Assembly (NCBI GenBank): GCA_963663995.1
Contig: OY760660.1
Span: 720,001 to 752,000, forward strand
Direction of reading: 5' to 3'
Origin: Erysipelotrichaceae bacterium
GTDB lineage: Bacteria; Bacillota_I; Bacilli_A; Erysipelotrichales; Erysipelotrichaceae
Length of the DNA: 32,000 bases
Shown one piece after another: positions 25,571-32,000 of the stretch. Under the pieces are notes generated by a model. It did not search any database. It was not told the DNA's origin and saw nothing but the letters and a program-made list of their open reading frames with translations. Position numbers and translations under genes: made by a program. Numbering within the stretch: position 1 is the first letter of the stretch; each line of letters opens with the position of its first letter.

Positions 25571-25599
25571 AATATATATATTTTAGTATCTATTGTCAA
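25571..25599 (-). promoter_or_regulatory. Candidate sigma-A promoter of the GntR pair, overlapped by palindromic operator-like repeats
   Basis: Minus strand reads TTGACA (25599..25594)-N17-TATATT (25576..25571). The 11-bp perfect inverted repeat ATAGATACTAA/TTAGTATCTAT (25562..25572 and 25583..25593) covers the spacer, the -10 box and the predicted start site. Confidence 0.55.
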
Positions 25600-25605
25600 C
25601 TTTGA

Positions 25606-25638
25606 ATAGAAAAAGGACTCACAGCATGTGAATCCTTT
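25606..25638 (-). terminator. Rho-independent terminator after the purine permease
   Basis: Minus-strand RNA AAAGGAUUCACA-UGC-UGUGAGUCCUUU (12 pairs including one G-U) followed by UUUCUAUU. Confidence 0.7.
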
Positions 25639-25658
25639 ACTAAAAATCATAATTTGAC

Positions 25659-26969
25659 TTAGATCACAAAGTGAACAATAAAGACAAACATTAAGACCCA
25701 AAGAATGATAGGTACATTTTTAGCACGTCCAGCAAATAAGCTAGCGACACCGTAAATGATGAAACCAACTGCAATCCCTTCAGATATTGAGTAAGTTAAG
25801 ATCATTGCGGCAATGGCAATAAAAGCCGATGATGCGACAACAAAGTCTTCCCAATCAATTTCTTTAAGTTGTTGAGCCATTAAAATACCAACAACAATTA
25901 AAGCTGGTGCTGTAACAGCAGATGTAACAACAACCAATAATGGTGCGAAGAAAATAGATAAGAAGAAGAGTACTGCAGTCGTTACAGCTGTTAAACCTGA
26001 ACGACCACCCACTTCAACACCTGAAGCAGATTCAATATATGAAGTAACTGTTGAAGTACCAAGCATAGCACCCACAATGGTTCCAATTGAGTCAGCTAAC
26101 ATCGCTTTATTAACATTTTCTAATTCACCTTTTTCATTGATAAGGTTAGTACGGTTCGCAACCGCAACTAAAGTACCAGCTGTATCAAAGAAATCAATGA
26201 ATAAGAAAGTAAAGATAACAATCATCCAATCAGAACGTGAGAAGAGTTCTGAGAAACCTGCTGCAAATGCACCAAGTGTTGGCATATCAAAATCAAAACT
26301 AACAACCGCACTTGGTAATGAAGGCATACCTTCAACACCCATCACGCCTAAGATTAAGCCAACAACAGCTGTTGTGACTAAACCAATGAAAATAGCTGCT
26401 GGTGTTTTCTTTGCGAGTAAAGCAATTGTTACGAATAATCCAAAAACTGATAACATGACAGTTGGGGCACTTAAATCACCTAAACCAACTAAGGTTGCAG
26501 GATTATCTACAATGATTCCAGCATTGACTAAACCAATGAAAGCAATAAAGAAACCAATCCCTGCTCCAAACGCAAGTTTTAAGTCTTTTGGGATCGCATT
26601 GATAATCATCGCACGAACACCTGAAACAGAAATAGCTAAGAATACAGCACCTGATACAAAGACAGCTGCTAAGGCTGCTTCCCAACTATAACCGAATGTT
26701 AAAACAACGGTAAAAGTAAAGAAAGCATTTACACCCATTCCTGGTGCTAATGCAATTGGGTAATTAGCTAATAGACCCATTACAAGTGTTGCGATACCAG
26801 ATGAAATCGCAGTGGCTAAAAAGACGGATTGTACAGGCATTCCTGTAATACCCAACATCCCTGGGTTGACAGCTAAAATGTAAGCCATCGTCAAGAAGGT
26901 CGTTAGACCGGCTAAGATTTCAGTACGTACATTCGTACCTAGTTTCTTAAGATTAAAGAATTTTTCCAA
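25659..26969 (-). CDS. NCS2/AzgA-family purine permease (PbuG/PbuO-like guanine/hypoxanthine permease)
   Basis: Start taken at the TTG at 26969, preceded by AGGAGA at 6-nt spacing, giving (M)EKFFNLKKLGTNVRTEILAGLTTFLTMAYIL, the typical family N-terminus. The track start at 27002 is also a TTG but has no RBS. Confidence 0.85.
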   Translation of the reverse strand: MEKFFNLKKLGTNVRTEILAGLTTFLTMAYILAVNPGMLGITGMPVQSVFLATAISSGIATLVMGLLANYPIALAPGMGVNAFFTFTVVLTFGYSWEAALAAVFVSGAVFLAISVSGVRAMIINAIPKDLKLAFGAGIGFFIAFIGLVNAGIIVDNPATLVGLGDLSAPTVMLSVFGLFVTIALLAKKTPAAIFIGLVTTAVVGLILGVMGVEGMPSLPSAVVSFDFDMPTLGAFAAGFSELFSRSDWMIVIFTFLFIDFFDTAGTLVAVANRTNLINEKGELENVNKAMLADSIGTIVGAMLGTSTVTSYIESASGVEVGGRSGLTAVTTAVLFFLSIFFAPLLVVVTSAVTAPALIVVGILMAQQLKEIDWEDFVVASSAFIAIAAMILTYSISEGIAVGFIIYGVASLFAGRAKNVPIILWVLMFVFIVHFVI

Positions 26970-27020
26970 GATAAATCTCCTTTTTCTTGTATTCTTTCCC
27001 AATCTGATGTGTACTACACA

Positions 27021-27155
27021 AATAAAAAAAGCCTGGGGAATGAGTCCAGACCAAGTTTTTGCTTAGTTAACATCAATTCGCCACAGTAGTAAAATCATTT
27101 ACGGTGATTTTGTAGAGACTGCCTCACCATATTAGAGGCATTATAGAGTAGTGTT
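27021..27155 (-). ncRNA. Purine riboswitch (guanine/hypoxanthine class) with a terminator expression platform
   Basis: Minus-strand RNA CUACUCUAUAAUGCCUCUAAUAUGGUGAGGCAGUCUCUACAAAAUCACCGUAAAUGAUUUUACUACUGUGG. It shows UAUAAU, P2 GCCUC/GAGGC, AUAUGG, GUCUCUAC, P3 AAAAUCA/UGAUUUU, the CCGUAAA loop, and C at the discriminator position. Downstream terminator GUCUGG-N9-CCAGGC followed by UUUUUUU (27021..27053). Confidence 0.85.
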
Positions 27156-27276
27156 TTTGTGAATACCTAATCATTTTATGCTAAGAATGAGCATTTTGTC
27201 TATGAAATTTCGATTTTATCTTGTATTATACGAATTTAATTGTTTACTATATCGATTTCTTTTATAAAATAGGTCT

Positions 27277-28104
27277 ATGACTGAAATACGAAAAGGCTCA
27301 ATATATATATTTATAGCCGCAACCCTCTGGAGCTTTGGTGGTTTGCTTGGAAAAGCTATTCCATTAAATGGTTTAAGTATCGCCATATTAAGAGGTGGTA
27401 TTTCTGCTTTAACAATTGCACTCTATCGTAAAACCTTTAGAGTTCATCTTAGTAAATCAGTATTGATCGCAGCGATTGCCTTAAGTTTAACCACCCTTTT
27501 CTATATGATGGCCAATAAACTTACAACAGCTGCTAATGCTATCCTTCTACAATATACTTCTCCTGTCTATATTATTTTCTTTGCATGGCTCATGTACAAA
27601 CAAAAACCAAAACGCTTAGATATTTATGCCTTAATCGGTGTTTTCATTGGCATGTTTATCTTCTTTTCTCGCGAACTTAGTAGTGGTCATTTATTAGGAG
27701 ACTTATTAGGCTTAGCTTCAGGCGTCGCATTTGCAGGGGTTTTTTTCGCAAATAAGTTACCTAATGCTAATCCAGTTGATGCTGTCTATTTAGGCAACGT
27801 TTTAACCTTCTTTTTACTACCCCTTGTTTTCTTTGATCAAAATTTAAGTTCTATGGACTTACAAAGTATCAGTCTTTTACTGATCATGGGTGTCTTTCAA
27901 CTTGGGATTGCTTATATCTTATTTTCGATTGGTATCTCTAAAGTCAGTGCCACAAGCGCCAATATTATCGCAACTATTGAGCCTGTATTAAATCCTATTT
28001 GGGTATTCATTTTTCTAAATGAAGTACCCAATCCCATCGCTCTACTTGGTGGATGTATCGTTTTAATCACTGTTCTAATCTATAATCAAAAAAACACACA
28101 ATAA
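27277..28104 (+). CDS. EamA/DMT-family transporter
   Basis: 275 aa, 10 predicted TM helices in two EamA-like halves. The family's typical N-terminus pattern (G..Y.F.AA.LWSFGG) is present. Confidence 0.75.
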   Translation: MTEIRKGSIYIFIAATLWSFGGLLGKAIPLNGLSIAILRGGISALTIALYRKTFRVHLSKSVLIAAIALSLTTLFYMMANKLTTAANAILLQYTSPVYIIFFAWLMYKQKPKRLDIYALIGVFIGMFIFFSRELSSGHLLGDLLGLASGVAFAGVFFANKLPNANPVDAVYLGNVLTFFLLPLVFFDQNLSSMDLQSISLLLIMGVFQLGIAYILFSIGISKVSATSANIIATIEPVLNPIWVFIFLNEVPNPIALLGGCIVLITVLIYNQKNTQ

Positions 28105-28169
28105 ACTGACCCCAAGTCTTTCATATCTAAAAATAAGAGTTTATACTATTTTTATATGAGGTATTTAAA

Positions 28170-28391
28170 ATGAGTAAAAAAATCATTGCACCCATCATTA
28201 TCACAGTTTTGTTCTGTGCTTATTTTATTTTTTGGGCTTTCTTCATTTTAAAAGATGCCTATCTAAGTACTTTCACAAAAACTTTAATGGCCATTATTCC
28301 ATTAGCTTTTGCGATGGTTAATATTTATGTTTTATTCGAACGCATAAAAGAAATAAGGAGCGGTGAAGAAGATGATCTTAGTCAATACTGA
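28170..28391 (+). CDS. Small two-TM membrane protein, unknown function
   Basis: 73 aa. RBS GAGG upstream; two hydrophobic helices, then an acidic tail (RSGEEDDLSQY). The 3' end overlaps the ybjQ-like start by 20 nt. Confidence 0.55.
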   Translation: MSKKIIAPIIITVLFCAYFIFWAFFILKDAYLSTFTKTLMAIIPLAFAMVNIYVLFERIKEIRSGEEDDLSQY

Positions 28392-28683
28392 AACAATTAG
28401 TGGAAAAGAATTTGAAATGTTAGGTTTAGTTAAAGGAAGTACCATACAATCTAAAAATATTGGTCGTGATATCACCCAAGGATTTAAAACCTTAGTTGGA
28501 GGCGAACTCACTGCCTACAATGAGATGATGAATGATGCAAGAGCCTTAGCCACTAAACGGATGGTTCAAGAAGCTGAAGAATTAAAAGCAGATGCGATAG
28601 TGAATATTCGTTATGCATCTTCCGCGATTATGCAAGGGGCTGCTGAAGTTATTGTATACGGAACAGCTGTTAAATTTAAATAA
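28372..28683 (+). CDS. YbjQ-family (UPF0145) protein
   Basis: Start taken at the ATG at 28372 (MILVNTETISGKEFEMLG...), preceded by AAGGAG at 12-nt spacing. The family pattern is present throughout, including GGEL..Y..MM..AR..A..RM...A...GADAIVN.RY. Confidence 0.85.
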   Translation: MILVNTETISGKEFEMLGLVKGSTIQSKNIGRDITQGFKTLVGGELTAYNEMMNDARALATKRMVQEAEELKADAIVNIRYASSAIMQGAAEVIVYGTAVKFK

Positions 28684-28686
28684 TTA

Positions 28687-28721
28687 AAAAGAGCATCCAC
28701 TTCAATCAAGTGGGTGCTCTT
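28687..28721. terminator. Bidirectional terminator between the convergent ybjQ-like gene and the minus-strand membrane-protein operon
   Basis: AAAAGAGCATCCACTT-CAATC-AAGTGGGTGCTCTT (one mismatch), flanked by an A-run on the left and a T-rich run on the right. The 3' arm lies inside the last codons of the 79-aa gene. Confidence 0.7.
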
Positions 28722-28941
28722 CATTATATTTTTTACTTTGATAATCATCTTGTTTGTAGAGATAATAAGCAATGCCTAAATAGAAAGGCACAAACATCGC
28801 CATTAAGGCAAATGTTAAAGGGGATCCTAAGTCAGGATACTTTTGCGCATCTTTATAAATAAAGAAAGCAGCAATACCCGGTACAAATATAAACATTATG
28901 ATGGTCATTGAGATCAACAAGGTCAAGATAAAGGTATTCAT
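28702..28941 (-). CDS. Small two-TM membrane protein, unknown function
   Basis: 79 aa with two hydrophobic helices flanking FFIYKDAQKYPDLGSP. ATGA overlap with the upstream MFS gene. Confidence 0.6.
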   Translation of the reverse strand: MNTFILTLLISMTIIMFIFVPGIAAFFIYKDAQKYPDLGSPLTFALMAMFVPFYLGIAYYLYKQDDYQSKKYNEEHPLD

Positions 28942-30167
28942 GATTTATACAACTTAGGGTAGCGATTATGATCGGTGCGCATAAAGAGTGGAAACATAAG
29001 CATTAACACTAAACCAAAAGCAAATACAATAAACCAAGCGTTATTGTAATCAACAAAACTTAGGGTTCTAGAAAAAGCAAATTGGCCAACACCAATTAAT
29101 AAACTTGAGAAGACACCAATGCTGGCTTCAACCCGAGCACGATGTGTTGCTGGTATTCGTCGGGTCACATAAGCACCACGCGTTATCGCAAAGCTAACTT
29201 CACCTAAAGTAAATAACCACATCCCGATCACAAAGATGATCCAGTGTTGATAAAAACGGGCTAAGAGGACAAAGGTAAACATATAGAGGGCTGTCCCTAA
29301 GACAAAGTGTTTAATTTCAATGGTTTCTTTTAGCCATAACGTTAATAAGGGTGTAAAGATAATAACCACTAAACCATTAAAACTAGAGAGAATGCCAAAG
29401 AATTCTGAATAATTCGTCATTAATGATTCAAGTTGTAAAGGCATTAAGAAATTCATTTGCATATACATAACTTCACTAATCGCAATCATAATCATATAAA
29501 ACCATAAAACACGATTCGCTTTTAAAAGTTTAAAGATGGATTCATGGTGTGATTCAGTTTCATATTCACCTATTTCTACATGTTCCCCATCACGTAAACC
29601 ATCCTGAATATAAATATGAATTAATACAGTTCCAAACAATGTCGTTAAGCCATCGATAATGAAAGCTAAACCTAAATAATCTTGAAAGAGAAAACCACCA
29701 ATACTTGGTCCTAAAATAAAACCTAAATTAAAGCCTAAATAGGATAATGAATAGGCTCTTTCACGATCCTTTGAGGATGTTTTATCAGCAATCAGCGCAT
29801 GCGAAGCAGGATGTGAGGCTGTTCCCATGAAACCAGATAAAAAGAAAATAAAAATGGTATGTAAGCCTAAAGGAAGTAAACCATTGATGATATAGCCAAT
29901 AACCATTAAGTAGGATGAAACTAAAATAACGCGTTTACGTCCATATTTATCAGCCCACTTACCACCAAGTGCTTGGGCTGGCATTTGCATTGCCCCACCA
30001 ATTAAAAGAATAATCGCAATCGTTGGCGCATCATAACCAAATTTTGCAGACAGGATTAAGGTCATCATTGGCCAGATAAAAGTGCCCATTGCTTGGACAA
30101 TTCGGCCAATAAAAAGGATATAGATATCCCGTGATAATCCTTTGTACTGATCAAATATTTTTAACAT
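28938..30167 (-). CDS. MFS transporter
   Basis: 409 aa, about 12 TM. MFS loop-2/3 motif GGKWADKYGRKRV. Confidence 0.85.
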   Translation of the reverse strand: MLKIFDQYKGLSRDIYILFIGRIVQAMGTFIWPMMTLILSAKFGYDAPTIAIILLIGGAMQMPAQALGGKWADKYGRKRVILVSSYLMVIGYIINGLLPLGLHTIFIFFLSGFMGTASHPASHALIADKTSSKDRERAYSLSYLGFNLGFILGPSIGGFLFQDYLGLAFIIDGLTTLFGTVLIHIYIQDGLRDGEHVEIGEYETESHHESIFKLLKANRVLWFYMIMIAISEVMYMQMNFLMPLQLESLMTNYSEFFGILSSFNGLVVIIFTPLLTLWLKETIEIKHFVLGTALYMFTFVLLARFYQHWIIFVIGMWLFTLGEVSFAITRGAYVTRRIPATHRARVEASIGVFSSLLIGVGQFAFSRTLSFVDYNNAWFIVFAFGLVLMLMFPLFMRTDHNRYPKLYKS

Positions 30168-30170
30168 ATT

Positions 30171-30674
30171 TTAAATTCCTAATTGATTAAGTAATCCATA
30201 AGAGAAAACTAACATAATACTTAAAGCCATTAATAAACCACAAAAAATCGCAAGCAATGCTTTAGAACGTTTAATCTGTAGCATTTCCGCCACTAAAGCA
30301 CCTGTCCATGCACCGGTGATAGGAAGTGGAATCCCAACAAATAAGAGTAAACCGATAAATTCAGCGTTTTTAATACTCCCTGATTTATGTTCTGCTCTTT
30401 CACGAAGTTTATGGACTAAAGAAACTAATATATTGTGTTTTTCCATAAAATCAAAGATTTTTTCAATAAAAAAAAGAATGAATGGAATCGGTAATAAATT
30501 ACCTAAGACCGAAATAAGTGAAGTGGTCATTAAATCTAAACCTAAAGAATAACCAACCACAACCCCACCTCTTAATTCTAGAATTGGCATCATTGAGGTA
30601 ACAAAGACAATGCCCTCTTTCGATAATAAATTGGAAAATAAGTGAATCACTGATTCAACTAAAGTATCAAACAT
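30171..30674 (-). CDS. Small multidrug export-like membrane protein (COG2426 / Sm_multidrug_ex family)
   Basis: 167 aa, 4-5 TM, with the PILELRGGVVVG motif typical of the family. 8-nt overlap with the upstream VanZ gene. Confidence 0.65.
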   Translation of the reverse strand: MFDTLVESVIHLFSNLLSKEGIVFVTSMMPILELRGGVVVGYSLGLDLMTTSLISVLGNLLPIPFILFFIEKIFDFMEKHNILVSLVHKLRERAEHKSGSIKNAEFIGLLLFVGIPLPITGAWTGALVAEMLQIKRSKALLAIFCGLLMALSIMLVFSYGLLNQLGI

Positions 30675-31158
30675 AAGGAAGTTCCTCTTCTTCTAATTCA
30701 ACATGTCGTAAATAAACAAAACCTAAGAAAGCAGCCAAGAAATTAGTCATCAAGTCATCGATATCAAACATCCCAGCTCTTAATAAAAACTGCGCAATTT
30801 CGATGCCTAATAAAATTAAGAAAACAGTTCTTAAATATTTAATTGGATTTAAATATCGGCCCCAAATTCTAGGCATGAAATAACCTAACCACGAAAATAC
30901 AAACATATGTGCAACAATATTTTCTAAAATTGCATTCAATCCTGTTGCCCGATTCATTGCCATTACATAGGAAAGAATGTTCTTAAAAGGAATAAAGTTG
31001 GTATAGTCTTCCATATTTGTAAATAAGTCACCTTTAATCATCCATGATAAATCGATATCACGTTTGTAGACAAACAAAAGATAGGCAACGCCTATGCAAT
31101 ACAGTCCAAAAAAGATTTTTAAAGTTGACCTTGAAAAGGTTGAATCCATATTTTCCAT
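30667..31158 (-). CDS. VanZ-family membrane protein
   Basis: 163 aa, 4 TM. NFIPF and DIDDLMTNFLAAFLGF motifs typical of VanZ-like proteins. Confidence 0.75.
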   Translation of the reverse strand: MENMDSTFSRSTLKIFFGLYCIGVAYLLFVYKRDIDLSWMIKGDLFTNMEDYTNFIPFKNILSYVMAMNRATGLNAILENIVAHMFVFSWLGYFMPRIWGRYLNPIKYLRTVFLILLGIEIAQFLLRAGMFDIDDLMTNFLAAFLGFVYLRHVELEEEELPYV

Positions 31159-31173
31159 AATCTGCTCTTCAAA

Positions 31174-31833
31174 TTATACACAAGCAAGTGTTTCGAAACA
31201 ATCTTCTACCGAATCACTTGTATATGTTACTTTCATTTTCTTTAACTGCTCAAAATCTCGATATCCCCAAGCAATGGCCATGACATCCATCTTGGCCGCA
31301 TTAGCTGCTTGTATATCCACTTCTGTATCACCGATAAACAAACACGCAGATACATCTAGATTTAATACTTTGGCCGCATTCACCAACATATCAGCGGCTG
31401 GTTTTTTAGGTACTGATGCTTTCGCACCCGTTATATAATCAAATTTAATTTCATTAAAGTGATCACGAACAATCTCTTGCGTATATTCATCTTGTTTATT
31501 TGAGACAACCGCAAGTTTTAAACCTTTTTGTCTAAGTTCTTTTAAACCACTTATCATCCCAGCATAGGGGATAGAATCGATATTAAAACACTTGGCATAT
31601 GCTTTATGAAAATCATTTAATGCTTCTTTTAAAGTATCTCTATCACAACCTTTTAAAGACTCTTCAACAAGATACTGTATGCCATTCCCCATTAATACTT
31701 GGGTTTGGTCTTGATTAGATTTTTCGTATCCATATTTCTCTTGAACTATATTTAAGGCTTTTTGTAAATCAGCTGATGTATCCATTAAGGTTCCATCTAA
31801 ATCAAATAATATGGCTTCATAGGCTTTTATCAT
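31174..31833 (-). CDS. HAD-superfamily hydrolase (phosphoglycolate phosphatase/PGP-like subfamily IA)
   Basis: 219 aa. Motif I ILFDLDGTLMDT, motif II VVSNK, motif III/IV K...FIGDTEVDIQAA. Confidence 0.8.
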   Translation of the reverse strand: MIKAYEAILFDLDGTLMDTSADLQKALNIVQEKYGYEKSNQDQTQVLMGNGIQYLVEESLKGCDRDTLKEALNDFHKAYAKCFNIDSIPYAGMISGLKELRQKGLKLAVVSNKQDEYTQEIVRDHFNEIKFDYITGAKASVPKKPAADMLVNAAKVLNLDVSACLFIGDTEVDIQAANAAKMDVMAIAWGYRDFEQLKKMKVTYTSDSVEDCFETLACV

Positions 31834-31874
31834 GGTATTAGTTTACCATGCTTAACCTATGTTAAACTTGAAAT

Positions 31875-32000
31875 ATGGAAAAAATAAAACTCGCAATATT
31901 TGATATTGATGGCACATTACTGAAGTGGGGTTCTGACAAAATTGAAGAATCTACTGTTCAGGCAATCCATAAATTAAAAGAAAAAGGAATTGAAGTCTTA
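31875..32000 (+). CDS. HAD-superfamily hydrolase (Cof-type?), N-terminal 42 codons only
   Basis: My own translation from the ATG at 31875 gives MEKIKLAIFDIDGTLLKWGSDKIEESTVQAIHKLKEKGIEV, with HAD motif I DIDGTL. It runs off the window. Confidence 0.6.
   Translation, partial: MEKIKLAIFDIDGTLLKWGSDKIEESTVQAIHKLKEKGIEVL

Noticed and set aside
25438-25701. 87-aa minus-strand ORF in the AT-rich spacer between the permease and the GntR genes
   Set aside because: It overlaps the 3' end of the permease gene, its terminator and the promoter/operator palindromes. The product is F/Y/I/L/K-rich, as expected from translating AT-rich non-coding DNA, and there is no RBS.
26077-26691. 204-aa plus-strand ORF (and the 60-aa ORF at 26503..26685) inside the purine permease gene
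   Set aside because: It is antisense or out of frame to a strongly supported NCS2 permease CDS. The product is a low-complexity K/P/T/A-rich string with no RBS, which is a typical shadow ORF.
27225-27230. TATAAT (minus strand) as the riboswitch promoter -10 box
   Set aside because: No acceptable -35 lies at 16-18 nt. In this AT-rich spacer a lone TATAAT is weak evidence, so it is not listed as a feature.
1-32000. CRISPR arrays, tRNA/rRNA genes, alternative genetic code (UGA read as Trp), prophage or defence islands
   Set aside because: No spaced direct-repeat arrays or cloverleaf- or rRNA-like segments were seen, and the intergenic regions are short and accounted for. TGA terminates well-supported ORFs (the GGDEF gene and the 79-aa gene) and Trp is encoded by TGG. 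No phage, restriction, toxin-antitoxin or other recognisable defence genes are present.

Overview
Low-GC bacterial chromosome segment using the standard genetic code (TGG encodes Trp; TAA, TAG and TGA all serve as stops). It looks like a Bacillota lineage, possibly Erysipelotrichia- or Acholeplasma-like, but that cannot be settled without a database search. About 35 protein genes are tightly packed, mostly on the minus strand, and many junctions are 1-8 nt start/stop overlaps. From left to right: (1) a housekeeping run of rluD, lspA, an M42 peptidase, a dimeric-dUTPase-like protein and a heterodimeric ABC exporter; (2) a translationally coupled cluster of arginase, a glycerol-kinase paralog, a NusG-domain-II protein and a Gx transporter, in which the kinase has lost its hallmark catalytic motifs; (3) a GGDEF sensor, OsmC, KtrB and KtrA in an operon-like row; (4) an FAD-dependent protein and purA; (5) two intact IS3-family elements, one nested inside the other, which together split a perfect inverted repeat that looks like the former bidirectional purA/cvpA terminator; (6) cvpA, cysE and an Mrp/ApbC-type ATPase; (7) a nucleobase-salvage locus holding a uracil permease behind a PyrR-type attenuator, two tandem GntR/UTRA regulators, and an AzgA-type purine permease behind a guanine-class purine riboswitch; (8) EamA, YbjQ and a cluster of small membrane, MFS and VanZ proteins flanked by HAD hydrolases. 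I saw no rRNA, tRNA or CRISPR array. I recognise no canonical defence or toxin system. The best candidates for new biology are the degenerate GlpK-like gene cluster, the link between the GGDEF sensor and the K+ uptake genes, and the paired GntR regulators. All homology calls come from motif recognition by eye, not from searches.
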